Notes: generated by a model from the sequence alone, not told the origin. A stretch of 63,772 nucleotides of DNA, filler included, from Sphacelaria rigidula (GCA_964200075.2; 11 parts of 11 records of this genome joined end to end with filler, not necessarily neighbours in it); one strand, 5' to 3'; shown: positions 49,601 to 63,452, counted from the whole stretch's first letter. A program made the numbers and translations.

Positions 49601-50779
49601 CATGAGACATGGCTAGGCGATATAATTCAATTTGAGGCTCCCAGTTGACAGAGACGCTTCTCGACCGCTGTTGGCAACACAGGCTTGGCTACTATTTGCA
49701 ACACAGTCAGAAGTGTTCGACCATCGGCGTATGCTTTGGATTCGATCCTTGGATTCGATCGGAAATTGGATTCACTGGTACTGACCGCCAGTGAACTAGC
49801 GAACTGGGTGACACCGTAGGTGATGTTCGGATCCACGATTGACACTCAGCGGTGGGGCATACATTTCTGAATGTCAAATACACAAAATCAACCGCATATT
49901 ACACGCGTGGCTCACAATGGGCGTGAGCACAACGGCGCGAAAGGTGTGAAGCTTGCAACGAACATCAATATATTTAACAGCAGAAGTGAAAGCTGAGAAC
50001 TTTCTCGTGTGGGGTTTGTGATACAGCCACGCCACATAGCAACTTCAGCACGGCCAGGGCGATGTTTCAGTAGGAGGACCTTGACGATGACATATTTGCC
50101 ACACGGGAAACGACCATTGAGAACTCCAACAATAGTACCCGGCAATGGTGACGGAGAAGTTACAGAATCAGAGGAATTTCATGCGATTTAGCATCGTGGG
50201 TGTAGGCATTGAGAGAAGGACTGTTGCAATAGAGGGCTTGAATGTTTGTACCTTTTTTTGCACACGTTCAACGACCGCCAGCTAGAGCATGTATGTTGTA
50301 TGGAATGACACATTCGATGGCAGGATACTGACAAGGATTGGGCATGCGGTGGGGGCATGACTTGACAGAGGACAAGAACTCGAGGGCACACAAAGCTTAA
50401 AACGACCTACGACATAACAAGGTGTACATCCATTCATGATATAACCACCACATACATCACACGGACATTACCACAAGGAAGGGACAATTGCCACAAGCGT
50501 CCGCTGGAGACGATCAGTTCGGCACATTGGCGACTTGATGAAATACTGGTTTATGCGCGGTGATCAAACTATGTCGAATTCCAATGCCGGCCCCCATCAA
50601 CGTGACGAAAGAGACAGATCCCAGAAGTTAGGCGGGCAACAAAGACTTGTGAAATCGGTGGGAAGCGAGAACCCTGGTGAGGGACTAGCTAAAAGAGCGC
50701 GAAAAAACACGGGATTGTCTCTTGCGGAGATTGTTACCTTGGCAACCCAATACACGCACAAGATATGTGAAGAAAGGTG

Positions 50780-50905
50780 TACGCCAGGTTTTCGCCGGAC
50801 CAGGCTCGCAATCACCAAGCGTCAAGCACCGTGATGAGTTGTTCGGCGAGTGGCATGAAGGGTGAGCTGCAAACTACTACGATTGTTCGGCCGGAAGCAT
50901 GCATC
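50780..50905 (+). mobile_element. GTACTCA family, subtype A, internal fragment
   Basis: matches 14277-14397. Confidence 0.7.
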
Positions 50906-51774
50906 TTGAAAATAGAATAGAGCCTTGACGGGGGCGGGGGGTGACATGGGCACCACCAGGAAGGAGGAAAAGATCCCACAAGTGTCCGCCGAGGGAATCA
51001 CTTTTTCACAGCAGGCCAGCGTGGATGAGGACAATGGTTGTCAGGGACATATAGAGGTTGGAGGGTGACCGAGCACTAGTGAGAGGAGACATCTCATTCG
51101 TGGTAACCTGCGGTGAACAGATGTGGCGGGGCGACATATCCAAGTGCAGCAGCATGCGTTCGTGTGGGAGGTTGGAATTGGGCATGGGATGGTGCCACGA
51201 AGCAACACATGGAACGGAAACGGAGAACAACATGGCCAATGGGATATCTATATAGCAATGAAAATTGATTTGCCACAGATCACGCAATGCGGCGTGGTTC
51301 ATAAAATTGCACAAGGCAATATTGAGGAACAAGAATGCGACAATTTTTCTCGAGATGTCGCGGACATGCTTCCACTAGTCGGAACTGCGCTATCGACGTC
51401 AGCCAGCTTTATGCGGTACTGACGAGTATTGGGCGGGTGAGAAGTGGAAGGCAGTACGGACAGGCGTGGTACAAAACCCCCTAGGACGAATACGGTGCAA
51501 ACGATTCCCGAGAGGGAACAAAGCCAGTACGGCCACGACCAATCTGGCAGCACTTCACTGAATCGATGGAAGAGTAGAGACGGAAGTGCCGCTACTAGAC
51601 CCATTCTGGATGCCAGCAAGAGCCGGAATGACACGGGAAGAAGCGGCATCGTTGCAGGAGAAACGTCCGGAGATCGCTTTTATAGGATATGCTGAAACAA
51701 GAAGTACGCGGGCTTCCTTGACCTGGGGAACGGCAGTGAGGTACTGTGGATGACTTTGTGTGGGGCATGGTCCT

Positions 51775-52157
51775 ACTTACAGTAGTTTTCAGCTGAAATA
51801 GGGATTTTTGTAATACTTTCGTAGCCGGTGATTTCCAATAGTCTTTTCTCGTGCCACCGTTCATCCCAGTGGACGTTTGATATTAAAGTTTAGATATCGG
51901 GAGATACTAGGTATCCGCTCCACATTTCCAAAACAAAATCATATGTGCACTCAATATTGAACGACTTCTGGGCTGACCGTTGATCGAGGTCCTGCAATTG
52001 ACCCAGCCCCAGCTGCTGACCCTTGAATGGGTATTTTTCAAGGGTCGGGCAAATAATGAGTCGTCTGAAAATCACTTGGTTTTAGTATGATGGATCAACT
52101 CGTGACGAATCAATCTCTAGGCTTTAGTTCGGCGTTGCAACCCAGGTACACGCAGCC
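51775..52157. repeat. dispersed repeat shared with 18665-18920 and 29070-29195
   Basis: CGTGCCACCG..ATCCCAGTGGAC.TTTGAT and GGGCTGACCG...CCCAGCCCCAG..CTGACCCTT are shared. Confidence 0.7.
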
Positions 52158-52160
52158 CAG

Positions 52161-52260
52161 NNNNNNNNNNNNNNNNNNNNNNNNNNNNNNNNNNNNNNNN
52201 NNNNTTAATTAATTAANNNNNNNNNNNNNNNNNNNNNNNNNNNNNNNNNNNNNNNNNNNN
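52161..52260. other. artificial contig linker
   Basis: N/TTAATTAATTAA, 100 bp. Confidence 0.99.
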
Positions 52261-52617
52261 TGAAGGGTGAGCTGCATCCTGTTAAGATTGTTCGGCCCGA
52301 AGCCTACTGATTATCTTGCACTTGTATGACAGCCTACAATAAGTTGCTTCATTTTCTGGTATCGCCACTTCCAGAGACAACCATGGCTTGTACGCTGCCT
52401 CATGGGTGTCTCACCGTGTAAACACTACGTAGTACGAACATCCCCATTGTGCGGAGTTAAGGTTTTCCCTCGCCGCACACCATGATCTAGCTCGACCACT
52501 ATTATGGTTACTGCGAAAAAAAACGCAAGCGCACAAAAAAAAAACGGTAACCTGGTTGCCTAGCTTACGCAGTGAGTGACGTGTTTCATAGCGTCATCGC
52601 CCACCGACGCCAACCCC
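52261..52617 (+). mobile_element. GTACTCA family, subtype A, 3' body
   Basis: collinear with 14353-14700 (TTTTCTGGTATCGCCACTTCCAGAGACAACC; GTAACCTGGTTGCCTAG; CCGACGCCAACCC). Confidence 0.8.
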
Positions 52618-54388
52618 ATCGAGGGTCCGCCACGCGCACGCCAGGTTCTCGCCAGACCAGGCTAAACGGGGGGGAGTTGAAACAGCAGCCAGCAGCCAGT
52701 AATCCACAATTCAAGGGTGTGTTCCTTCTCTTGTCGACATATTCTTGTGAGAACGAGCGGGTTTACCGTATGACGCCGTATTTACCTCCTTTGAACCCAC
52801 GTACCGTTCAAGCGGTATCTCCGGCATCATGTACTCATGCACTCAAACCCATCCAACAGGCGCGCTAACTCGACCGACGCCAACAGTTAATTCGTCCGAC
52901 ACATGCTACGGCAAACTAGATCATAGACAGACAGGTACCCTCGATGATGGCATTGTTCCATGCTTCCCACACCACATCCAACTCTACCTCAAAAGTAAAG
53001 GTTGTGCAAACCCTCAACCGATGCAGGGTTCGGAAAGACTGGATATTTTCAACGATAAAAAAAATCTTGGAACGCCACCGACTTATTCCATTGCACCTGT
53101 ACCGACGCTAGGCAAGCAGGAAGGGACGGGATACAAATCAGGAGCATGACTGACGAGCATAACGTAGGTGCCAGGGATCTTCAATGTACTGCAGGAGACA
53201 CAACGTACTGCACTAGACTCGAGTGACGTTGGTAATGTTTGCTACACTGTTTAGGTGAAGTCGCAGGTACGGTAAACATGGATTCGCGGCACCAAATCTG
53301 GGCAGATATCGCGTCATACTATGTATCATCACCAATAAACACAATGTTTGCAGTTGTGATGCTACAACATGAACAACATCGTAGACTGTCCCACCGCCTG
53401 TGCTGTACTGAAATGTATCCAAATAATCCAAATATGTATGACCGCAATAAGTTAACGCTTGGCTCGTACAAGATGGCAACTTAGCTTCAGAATGTATTTC
53501 CATCGCCCGACCATTGATTTTTTTCCTCCTCCTTCCTGCGCAGTTCTTCCTGCCAGTGGCCCGCGGTGATTAATTGTGTGTGTGTGTGTGTAGTACTGAA
53601 GGCTTCATGTGAACAGGGCCATCTTAACATTGGCATTGCCTCAAAAGCGTGGTCTACTGAAATAAGCGATTGTGGCAGGTAGTGCGTGCATGGTGCGCAG
53701 GGTATCTACAGTTCGATATGTACGTAGGGTACTGGACCAGAGTACATCAGAGTACATCGCTCGCAAATTGCAGTAAATACCTCATAAAGTGGGGGTAATG
53801 CCTCGCTTTTACTTCACAGCACCGTCATCGCCATACCCGGTTGTCCCCAAGGGTACACTAATCGCCACTTGCGGCGGTAGGCCGAGGGTGTGTATTTTGA
53901 CAAGAACGGTTTTGTCGACAAAAACCTGCGCCAATCGTTGAAAGCGTGATGATGTAAGTAGGGAAGAAACCCAAGGCAAGTCGACGGGGTGCGAGAGTGT
54001 TTGGTCATGATCCAATCCTCGACATTAAAAAGGCCGAGGCCGGTGCCAGGGGACAGATGGGTTGACCCGCCGAGACTACGGAATCGTCCCGCAGAATAGG
54101 GCGAGTGACAGGATAAAGAGAAGATACTGCGTCTTCGAAGTAACAGTGTCCAGTGTACACAGTACGTTCCTTTTTCTCTCTCATAGTTTTCACCCTCAAC
54201 CCCTACCCCTCTTCGGGACGAGTCCGTTTCCTCAAGGATCCGACACATCTTTACCCCGACACACTCCTCACATTTCGGTATAGCGGATTGGATCAGCACT
54301 CCCGCACAGTATTGACTTGCGTTAATTGCATTTTCTTGGCCAGTCATGTCCTCACGTTTTCAACGGCGGAGATCAGATACTTGTAATG

Positions 54389-54476
54389 AAAAAAAAAGGC
54401 GACTGCCGGGACTCGAACCCTGTATCCTTTACCCCACTGGGTTTCGGTTACACCGGGTGAACCGTCGGGGGTGCGG
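54389..54476 (-). other. tRNA-like Pol III unit (SINE head or pseudo-tRNA) with oligo-T terminator
   Basis: B-box GGGTTCGAGTCCC followed by T9; acceptor stem does not pair well. Confidence 0.4.
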
Positions 54477-55351
54477 TACCAAGGGTAGATACACGTCGCG
54501 CCACCACAAAGAACCGCTGATTCAGCACGAGGCTAGTGCCTTGTATCCTCTTGGAGCAACCAACAGCGACAATATACGTTCTTATTGGCGTTACAATTTG
54601 TACTCTAGTCCATATGTTTTGATTTTTTCCAGGCTCAGAGCCACGTTCTCAAGTGGGGGGCGCCACCTGTCCACGTGATGATGCGTAAGTGTGATGCAGT
54701 GCATCATCTAAGCACTACCGCATTGTGAAGTAAGCGCTGTACAGTTCGACGCGTAACCTACTGCAGTGTCACTTGACGTGATTTTACAGATATTTAGTTC
54801 TGTATATAAAATCATGTTGCATGCCTCTTCTGAGTTCATCCATGGTGTCAAGTCCTTGGTTTTCCTCTCCGCCTGCTGAAGACGTATCTGTAGCGTGGGA
54901 ATTCGAGGTACTCTTGGTGACGCATGAATCTTCATGCCACGTATACTGTATTGTGAATCTCGACATCGTGCAAAACCTGTTACTATACTGTCTCGAAAAC
55001 GCCAGAAAATCTTCGTAGCTGGATACAAGAGGCATTTTCGTGCATCAGACAGCACCGTCCGTACTTGTTGTACACCGGCACTAGTGTAGTTGAGGACAGG
55101 TACAAATCGAACCAAGCGGTACCCTACAGACAGCAGTACTTGCCACCCGCAGTACAGGCGCCTCGCCAGCGTCTCACCGTTCTGTTTGTCGTCGGCGAGT
55201 GGATGACACGATGAGCGCTTTTGTCTCCCGAAGACTCGACATTGGCATTTACGTTGCTGTTGATGATGTTGCTCTTGTTGCAAAACCCTTCTTCGGGCGC
55301 TGTCGGCATGCCGACACGGCAGCATTCACCCGGTTTCTGCCTCAAGACCCC

Positions 55352-55384
<33 letters not shown>

Positions 55385-56658
55385 TATTTACCTTCAGACA
55401 GTAGCTGGATATATTTGGAACACTTTTTGCTTGATGTTGTTGTCGTGATTGTCTCGATCGAGCACGTTTTCTTAGCTATCGATATCTTCCCCAATACCAC
55501 TACTACTGCATGATTTTTTGAAGTCCAACGTAGGCGGGTGCTCGCGGCTTTCTATCGCAAGTACACCGCTACACACAAGTCCGACAGTCAAGGGTGTCAA
55601 CGATGTGTTTGCCCTGCAACTTTGCACGCACTCGATCACAGCGATACATATGTCATGTACCAATTCAGTCATCTTTGCCCCTCAACCATGCGACACCACG
55701 CCTACAGAGGACGCAAAACAGGCGGCGCAACGAGTGCATAGGCACAAGCCACGCGGCACGCCCCCTCGCACGTGACTACACCCCGACATTAGGCACTCTG
55801 GACCTACAGCCAGTAACCCCACCAACGAGAACGACTGCAGTTTTGACCGACGAATCACGCTTTCTGAGAAATGACGCCTTCCTTATCGAGGGTGGTCCTG
55901 TTGCAGCTACCTGGTGCTGTGTCTCGTAGGAGTTTGGCCTCCAGGAGCAGCCCTGTTGCCCCACTGTGGCGCGTCGGCGGTAGCCGCGGTGCAGTGAGGA
56001 GATTATGGACCAACAGTGGGGATGGGAAAGGGTCGCGCGGCTTTTGCACTGGGGGTGCGGCGACGCAGCGGGTGGAGGAGGACGATCAACAGGTACAATT
56101 ATCGTCTGTGAACACTGTCCAGGGTAGTCGAGTACTTGTAAAATATTAATATCATCGAGAACTGTTGTACTATGGACTTTCATAGAGGCATGTTCGCTCA
56201 GTACACGCTTGATCACCTTCCCCAAAGGCACATGTGACGTTTGTTCAATCACTGACAGTGTGAAAGGGCGCATAGATGGTGGTCGGGCGGGCGGGAGCGA
56301 GTACTTCACACTTATGCGGATTGAATGTCCCCTTGCCCATTCTGCGCATGAAAAAGAGTAGCTGAGCTTGCGATACACTTCGCATTATGCCCTCCTTCTC
56401 CAGCGCATCGCTATGTTTTTCGCTCCATCTCACTCTGGAGGCGATACCACCTTGCAGTCCTGCTCTGAACCGTACGCATTTTTACATGTCGTACGTAGGT
56501 TCAAGCACACCCCCAAGACCTGCTTGGTTTCGTCCATAGGCGTAGCAGCAGTCGGTTCCGCTGGGTAGCTTATGCCTTAGCCAACGCAAGTTTACACGGT
56601 TTATCGACGTCAAGGTGGTCGTAGAAACGGGACGGACGTAGCACGCACTTCCGAAGCG

Positions 56659-57240
56659 TTAGAAGCGGCGTGGAACTTTCGTTCTTCGGAGAGCGTTTCC
56701 AAGCGCTTCAACCAACGTATTGCGCTGCTGAGACGGAACCGCATTCCCTTGCTTGAGAAACGATAACATCGAGATTCGCAGGTCAGCATTCATCGGCAAG
56801 GCGTGTCGAACTGCCGTACCGTGCCGTACACAATAATTCGTTGCCAGATGTGTCACATCGGCCGAGAAAAACCGCTGCCCTAGCGTGTCTGACAGGGAGT
56901 TATCATAGCATGCTACGACCAAACGTGTTTGCTGTACATGTACAGTACAGAGGCTCCAGTTAGAGGCGTCGCGTGTGCAGGACAAGAAGTACCGCGGTAG
57001 TGAAGCATGCTGCCATGTTTTGAGCGGGCAGGCGGGCGGAATCTGTGGCGGCTTTTGGCGCTCATCCCGCACATGAGCGGCAGTTTCACGTTCACTCCCA
57101 GATTGTTGCGAAGCCAATCGTCGGTTCTAATCTGCTTTGGTGACCACGATGTCTTTGATGTCAGTCACTTGGGCATCAGACGTTACTTTCAAGTTCCTCT
57201 CGCCTCCTTCAAGACCACGGATAGGTACTGTGCGGCATCT
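56659..57240 (-). pseudogene. possible decayed Ulp1/C48 peptidase (transposon-borne type)
   Basis: NWSLCTVHVQQTRLVVACYDNSL resembles HWxLxVV...IxxYDS; LKQGN resembles PxQxN; catalytic His and Cys absent. Confidence 0.35.
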
Positions 57241-57870
57241 GTGAAATAAATCAGGGATCACCCCCCCCCCCTCCCCTGCGTTTTTATGCGGTATCCATTA
57301 TGGTGGTGGAGTAATATCACATGTCCGGGGTGGAGAAACTGAACTCTGTGCAAAGTGGATGATGGCACTACGTCGCGTTCAAGGGTCTGCGACCTATGTT
57401 ACGGTTCGCAAAAACGCGGCGCAATCATTTTATGCCGAGTTTAGGCTTTGGTCCCGTCTGCGCGTTTTTTTCTTGAAATTAAGCTCTGTTTTTTATTTGT
57501 AAGTTTTTTATTTTTTCATGCCCTGTTTTAAGCTTTTTCAGCGCAAATTAGGCGCGCTTTATGCACCTTATTCCCGTCCTTGTGGCGTTGTGGCAGTATC
57601 CCCTCACGAGGCGCGCCTTCTAGCATGAGGACAAGACGACAAGTTGGGCATTCGAAGTTTTGTTCATTATTCATAATTAAAAAATGAAGCTTTTCTTCAG
57701 TTATTGAGTTTGGAGACCACAACCTGCACACCTACACCGTGACCCACGTGCGGAAACAACAAACGCCACCACACTTACAATACTTGATACAGCAGTACGG
57801 CATTGTAGCCTCCAGACACAGGGCATTGCAGCCTTTGGCCTCTCGCCCGGCAAGCTTCAAGCTTCAAACT

Positions 57871-57913
<43 letters not shown>

Positions 57914-57966
57914 ACCCCACACACTCTCCACCCCCCCCACCGCCATACCCCCCCACTACCCATTCA

Positions 57967-58066
57967 NNNNNNNNNNNNNNNNNNNNNNNNNNNNNNNNNN
58001 NNNNNNNNNNTTAATTAATTAANNNNNNNNNNNNNNNNNNNNNNNNNNNNNNNNNNNNNNNNNNNN
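57967..58066. other. artificial contig linker
   Basis: N/TTAATTAATTAA, 100 bp. Confidence 0.99.
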
Positions 58067-60450
58067 TATGTAGTGGGCGGGGATGAAGAAGCGGTATATA
58101 GACAGTTAATCTCGGTAGCTGAGAATTGCCCAGAACGTGCAATGGAGTATGCAGCAGCAGCTGCTGCTTAATTCGGAGAGGTGTACTAAATTGTTGTATG
58201 CATGCGCGCCGCAACGCTAATACCCTTCGAAGAGAATTTGCCGCATGCAACAAAGAGGGAAATGGCGGCCCACCCCGACCACAAGGGGCTGTATGGCGAG
58301 GTATAATTGTGGTCGGGGTGGGCCGTCGGTCGCCGCATCCTGTTGGAAGCTCTCTACCGCGACCCATACTGCTCGCTACACCAGATGTACACTACCTAAT
58401 GCGCACCCTGCACCTGAAAATAGAGTAGATGAAATTTTCGGTCTTCGTCATAACCCTGCGGTTACATACGCAGATTTTCAGCGACACGCCACTGTTTCGT
58501 GCAGACGCTAGACACGTCACTCCTAACCAGCCTCATTGGTCATTCTGCAGGCCCGGTCCCAAAAAGGTTGATGCTCATTTACTACAAGAGCGATGTACCA
58601 CCCAGACTGTCCGGCGTCACGTCGGCTGCAGTGTATCTCGTAGTGAAATGTGAGCAATTTTGCAACTGTGAAACGCACAGGGGTGCGCGGGAGGCAGGGC
58701 GGGGGCGGGTTGCCGTTGAAATGAAAGGAAATACTCGGACGCATATTTTCTACTTCTTCTTGTCAGCTTCTCGCAAAAGCTTCACCATGACTCCACCAGC
58801 CCCCTCCCCCCCGAAGCTGTGATCTCATCTCACTAGTTCATTTCATTACTCTCATACGTACCCCTTTTTCGAGGAGTGGGGGGGGTTGCCATTCGCGGTA
58901 GATTTCACCTCATGTCGAAGTTGTGGTCTGCGGATCTCTCCGACAGACCTACATCTAGACTCGAATTGACACGTGGTGTTCAGTTTCAGTAGTTTCCACC
59001 AAAAAGTCATGTATGCATTCCTGTGCAGTACCACTTCATTTTGTTGCCCTTGCGTATGCGATGTCACAACATACGCGGTGTGTCTGGATCAATGTTCGCG
59101 ACTATGTGTGCGTGTAAGATACCGAGTGAAACGGAGGTTTTGTTGCGCATTTTTATTGTGCCTTAACGTCTGACTGGCCTTACTGCGGCTGAATTTCGAT
59201 GTCGATCTTCTATTCGTCTGTCCAGCGGGGGTGACTGTCAACGCCACTCGCAAACGAATTCAACAATTCCACAGCCGCTCTTCTAGAACACACGGTGTCT
59301 CGAATATGATGTCTCAGAGCTATGCGTTTTACGAATCTGGTCTTGAGACTGGAACTCACTGTGGGTTGGGATCATGAGATCCTAGAATAGTGTCCGTTTT
59401 GTTTCCTACACAGAAAAGGCTGCAGTCTCTCGTGGGTATTGTAGCGCCTGTTCCGTACGATAGCAAAGAGCGCAGCCAGAGCAGCTAGGTTGTAGGGGTG
59501 GGGTCGGGCTGTACAGCATGGGTTTCATGGTGCTCGGGATGGGGGTTACTCGTGACCGCGAAAAAAAGACAGTATTATCCGGGAAAGCTGTACCAAGTCC
59601 TTACTGGAGCGATACAGGATGGCGAGCGGCAACTCGGTGTGCACCCCTGGGGTGGGATTCACGCATCCCCGTTCTGTCCTAAAAGTTTCAACGCAAATGT
59701 GCAACATAATAAAAAAAAAGTGTCCAAGATTCGACCAGGCACCTTGCTGATATGTCGATAGAAGAGCGACTTGCTTTGTGTTGGCGAAGGTTTTCGGATT
59801 GTTCCTGTCAGCGTCCAGGCCTGTTAACGCCGATTTCCCCCATCGCAAGAAAATAAAGATAGAAACAGTGAAGCATGACCAAAGTTATTCTTGTTGACTC
59901 CCCCCCCCCAAAAAAGCGACCGTTTGTATGGCACTGCAACAAAGCTATTCAAAACGGTGAGCGTGTCCCGCACCTCTCTGCCCGAAACAGGGACATTCTA
60001 CCGACAACATTGAGCATGAAGTGCTGCCGTAGTGCAAGGAGTTGTGTTTTCGAGTCGATGGCATTTTGTTCTGGAATCCATCTACTCTGTGTGATCAACC
60101 TACCGTGGGTGTCGAGTTGAGGCGTGTTGAACCGACCTCTTGTTTGCTCTTGCGGATCTAGGAACGTTCTTCTCCATCCGACGCACTGGCGACACAAAAC
60201 TTGACTTTCGACTCCCGACGGCGAAGTACGTGGCTATGAATTAAGTACCCTTGACTCCTTGACTTTTGCATCGGTAGGTCAACCATCGAAATTACATGTG
60301 GCCGCTATTGATCACCTGCATACAGCTGGGGCGATTCCCCCCCCGCCCCCCACGACGCTCGCACGGGTGTACGCATGCCTTTGATGGAGTACCGATAATC
60401 TTATTTTAATCTCATCATTCATGATTTTAGGTGTGGACTCAAATGAGTGC

Positions 60451-60815
60451 GCCGGTCGCCCCAGTGGCTCAGTTGGTAACCTCGAAACCTTCTGACGTTT
60501 GAGTCGTGGGCTCGAATCTCGGTGAAGTCACGCGATCTGAGATTTTTCCTCTCACCATGCCCAACAGTGGAAAGCGACTGTGTCGTGGGTACCCAAAATT
60601 CGACTTCATCGTCGACGAATGAAAAGGACCGCTGAACCCTTCTTGCAATACAAAATAAGACAAGCACCGCAAAAGGAAGGTTGGGCACAAGAACAAACTA
60701 GAAAAGATAAAAATCTGTGTTGGCCTTCCTCCTGTATGACCCCGGCTAATGCGCCCACATATACCGCAAAGGTGTAGACTGACGTCCAGAATACATGGAA
60801 TGTCAACATACTCGA
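60451..60815 (+). mobile_element. tRNA-derived SINE, most complete copy (~365 bp)
   Basis: A-box TGGCTCAGTTGG and B-box-like GGCTCGAATC; homologous copies in contigs 1, 4 and 5. Confidence 0.75.
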
Positions 60816-61007
60816 GTATACACACGAGATGGGCGCGTGGATCTGACAGTCACCAACGACTGTGCACATCATGTAGTTAACCGTCTGTGTTTGCCCTCCG
60901 CTTCGTCTGACCCGTTGATTCGTTCCTCCTTTCTCTTGCTTTGCTCTTTTTTTTTTCTCCTCCCTTCATTTTATTTCGTCGGACCTCTGCCGCTGCTGTT
61001 GTCGCAG

Positions 61008-61060
61008 ACGTACGAAAGCATCTCCATGTGGAATGGGATGCAACTAGCGGCACCTTCAAG
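61008..61060 (+). CDS. PAK: PAK/STE20 kinase exon: first CRIB motif (C-terminal part)
   Basis: gcag|AC GTA...AAG|gtacct; xVRKHLHVEWDATSGTFK joins GLP of the next exon in phase. Confidence 0.8.
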
Positions 61061-61877
61061 GTACCTTACCGCAATGTACCTTATGGTACGACCTACTGCA
61101 GTGTCCATTTTATGTTTTTACTCGCATGTACTCTGTTTCGTGCTTCAGTCTGTCCGCGACTCTCGAGCGTGCCAAGCTTTCTGGCGCCGTGTGCCGCCGT
61201 GGAAAGATATGGAATCGTAATTAGACACTTTTATAAAAATCGCTCATGTTCGAAAGCTGTAAGGAGATGATAATGTTGCAGGTCGGTAGCGACTCGCCGT
61301 GTTACAACGGCGTTTATACTCTTTTGAGCATCCACAGGCCGCTGGGGCGGGCGTCGATTCTACCCAAGTATCAAAGTTGAGAAAGTATTGATCCTAGTCG
61401 CGTGCTCTGGACAAGCTGGATTTTCTCGAGTTGGCTTGGATGTGAAGGAAAAATTGCCGTGAACGCCCCCGTGCCCCGAATAACAACGTGTTTTGATCGG
61501 TCACAATCTCTAGGGGAAAATATGGGTAGAATCGGATCAACTCTGGAGTCATCGAGCGCCGTCATGTGTCGTATTATGCTTTGCGGAACGCCGTCTGGGC
61601 TCGCGTAAACATTCACCATAGGGTGGACAAGGGATTAGTACCGTAGAGCATGGGCATCGAATTCAGTGATGGGACCAAGCCGCAGTTTCCACGCGCCTTG
61701 AGGCAGAAAACAGGGTACGAGGACTCCAACTGTCTCCGAATTTTGAATTTTGTGTCTGCTGCTGTTTGTGAGCCGTGGGTCGATGCCACGTAATTATGAA
61801 AGTGGTGGGCGTCGAATGCACCCCGCTCTTTCCAAGGATTTGTGTTTTCGTCACCCAGTGATCACGCCCCCCCCTGC

Positions 61878-61957
61878 CCCGTCTCGAAAGAGATGCGTGG
61901 TCAATGGTCAAACGACTAAGGCAAGCAACCAATGAGTACGCCCCGCCCCCCGCCCCC
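61878..61957 (-). mobile_element. GTACTCA family, subtype B, solo terminus in a PAK intron
   Basis: reverse complement of 6203-6272. Confidence 0.8.
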
Positions 61958-61982
61958 GGGTTTGTTGGTTTGCTTGAAACAG

Positions 61983-62084
61983 GGGCTGCCGAAGGAATGG
62001 GCAGATCTTCTCCCCGAGGGTACTGCCGTTGATACAACAACCAAGATGCCCGCCCCACCAGGAGCTTCTCACATCCAAGCACCG
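61983..62084 (+). CDS. PAK: PAK/STE20 kinase exon: end of first PBD plus linker
   Basis: aacag|GGG...CCG|gtaaga, 102 bp; GLPKEWADLL. Confidence 0.85.
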
Positions 62085-62509
62085 GTAAGAACAAGATTCA
62101 TGTGTACAACCAGGGCGATATATTTGCTAGGCCTCGATTTTCATGGAGATAGATCTGCATGCGGCGCTCATGTCTGTTTTTCTTTTCACCGGACCGGTGT
62201 TCATGTCTGAGAACGCTAGTTTCTCGTCAATGTATAGACGGGCGGAAGAAACGTTTCGGAGGTCGTTGCGGTTGATATTTGTTTTGTCGGGGGCAGGATG
62301 TTGCCGTATGCGCGCTGCTACTGCATTCTCGCGTTCCAGGCCAAGCCACGTTGTGTCAGATTCTGTGGGCGAACACCTATTCTCCGTCTTCGTCCTTTCG
62401 ACAACTGTAATAGTTTTCGTTTTCCGTCTACTGTTGCCTCGTATTAATGTCCTGTGTTTCGTCGTTTTGCTGTTTTGCTTTGATTGTGTTGAATGTCGGG
62501 TTCGATCAG

Positions 62510-62848
62510 GCGCCGACCGAGTCGACAAAGCGGCGCTTCCGTCTATGGGGTGGCAGTAAGGAGGAGGCAGCGGAGCCAGTCGGCGCGGTAATCGGCGCCC
62601 CGTACAACGTTCAGCACGTCACGCACGTCAAGCCTGACTCGCACACCAGCACGGGCTTCACCGGCCTCCCGTCGGCCTGGCGCATGGTTCTCAAGGCTTC
62701 GGGGATCACAAAGGAGGAAGCTGTGGAACACCCACAGGCGGTGCTCGATGCGCTGGCCTTCCACATGGATGGCCCCCCGCGTAAACAGTCGCAGGCAATG
62801 CCTCCGCAGATGCCGACGAAGCAGGACATTACCAAGACTGTCACTGAG
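62510..62848 (+). CDS. PAK: PAK/STE20 kinase exon: second CRIB/PBD plus autoinhibitory segment
   Basis: atcag|GCG...GAG|gtgtgc, 339 bp; IGAPYNVQHVTHV...GFTGLPSAWRMVLKASGITKEEAVEHPQAVLDALAF. Confidence 0.92.
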
Positions 62849-63452
62849 GTGTGCTTATGCAGGAGCGAGTGGGAACAGTTGGGGGGGGGAGTGTTGTGTG
62901 GTCAAGCCGCGCATGCTTTTTCAAGCGTGTGCGATATTAGTATGAAAAGGTGTGTAGCTTGGGTGGTTGCCGTGCGATAAGGAGCAGGAGTTTTCGTTAG
63001 TCATGTACTGTGTTTGGAGTCGTTGAAATGAAGAGCTCGTGGTGTTTGTAAGGCCACCTGCAGGCTGATGATGACGACACGTGTCTTGGTGCGAGTGGTT
63101 ACCTTCAACAGCATTATTTCCGCGATAATGACAATCGAATGACAGTGAGACAAGTCAAGAACGCATATTTGCGAAGATGAGGTTGGAAAGAACGGTCCTA
63201 CATATCCGTGGCTATTTTGTCCCGCACGTCATCGATCTTCACAGGGGCAAAAAACGGCCAGATTTCTTTGTTGTTTCATTGCTGGTCATCTCCAAATGAC
63301 ACCTCACGTTGAGATGATCGATCGCGAGTCGCGAACAAAACGTTCGCAGTCGCCGTCGTGCGATATGGCTTGCTTTCCCACGACGAGTTACCCAGTTGTC
63401 ACAGAGTGCATTTACGCCGGGCAATTATGATATCTCCGCCTTGTTGGTATAG

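Noticed and set aside
51270..51400. LINE RT motif (EEQ.C..F...DM)
   Set aside because: Resemblance too weak; no other RT motifs nearby
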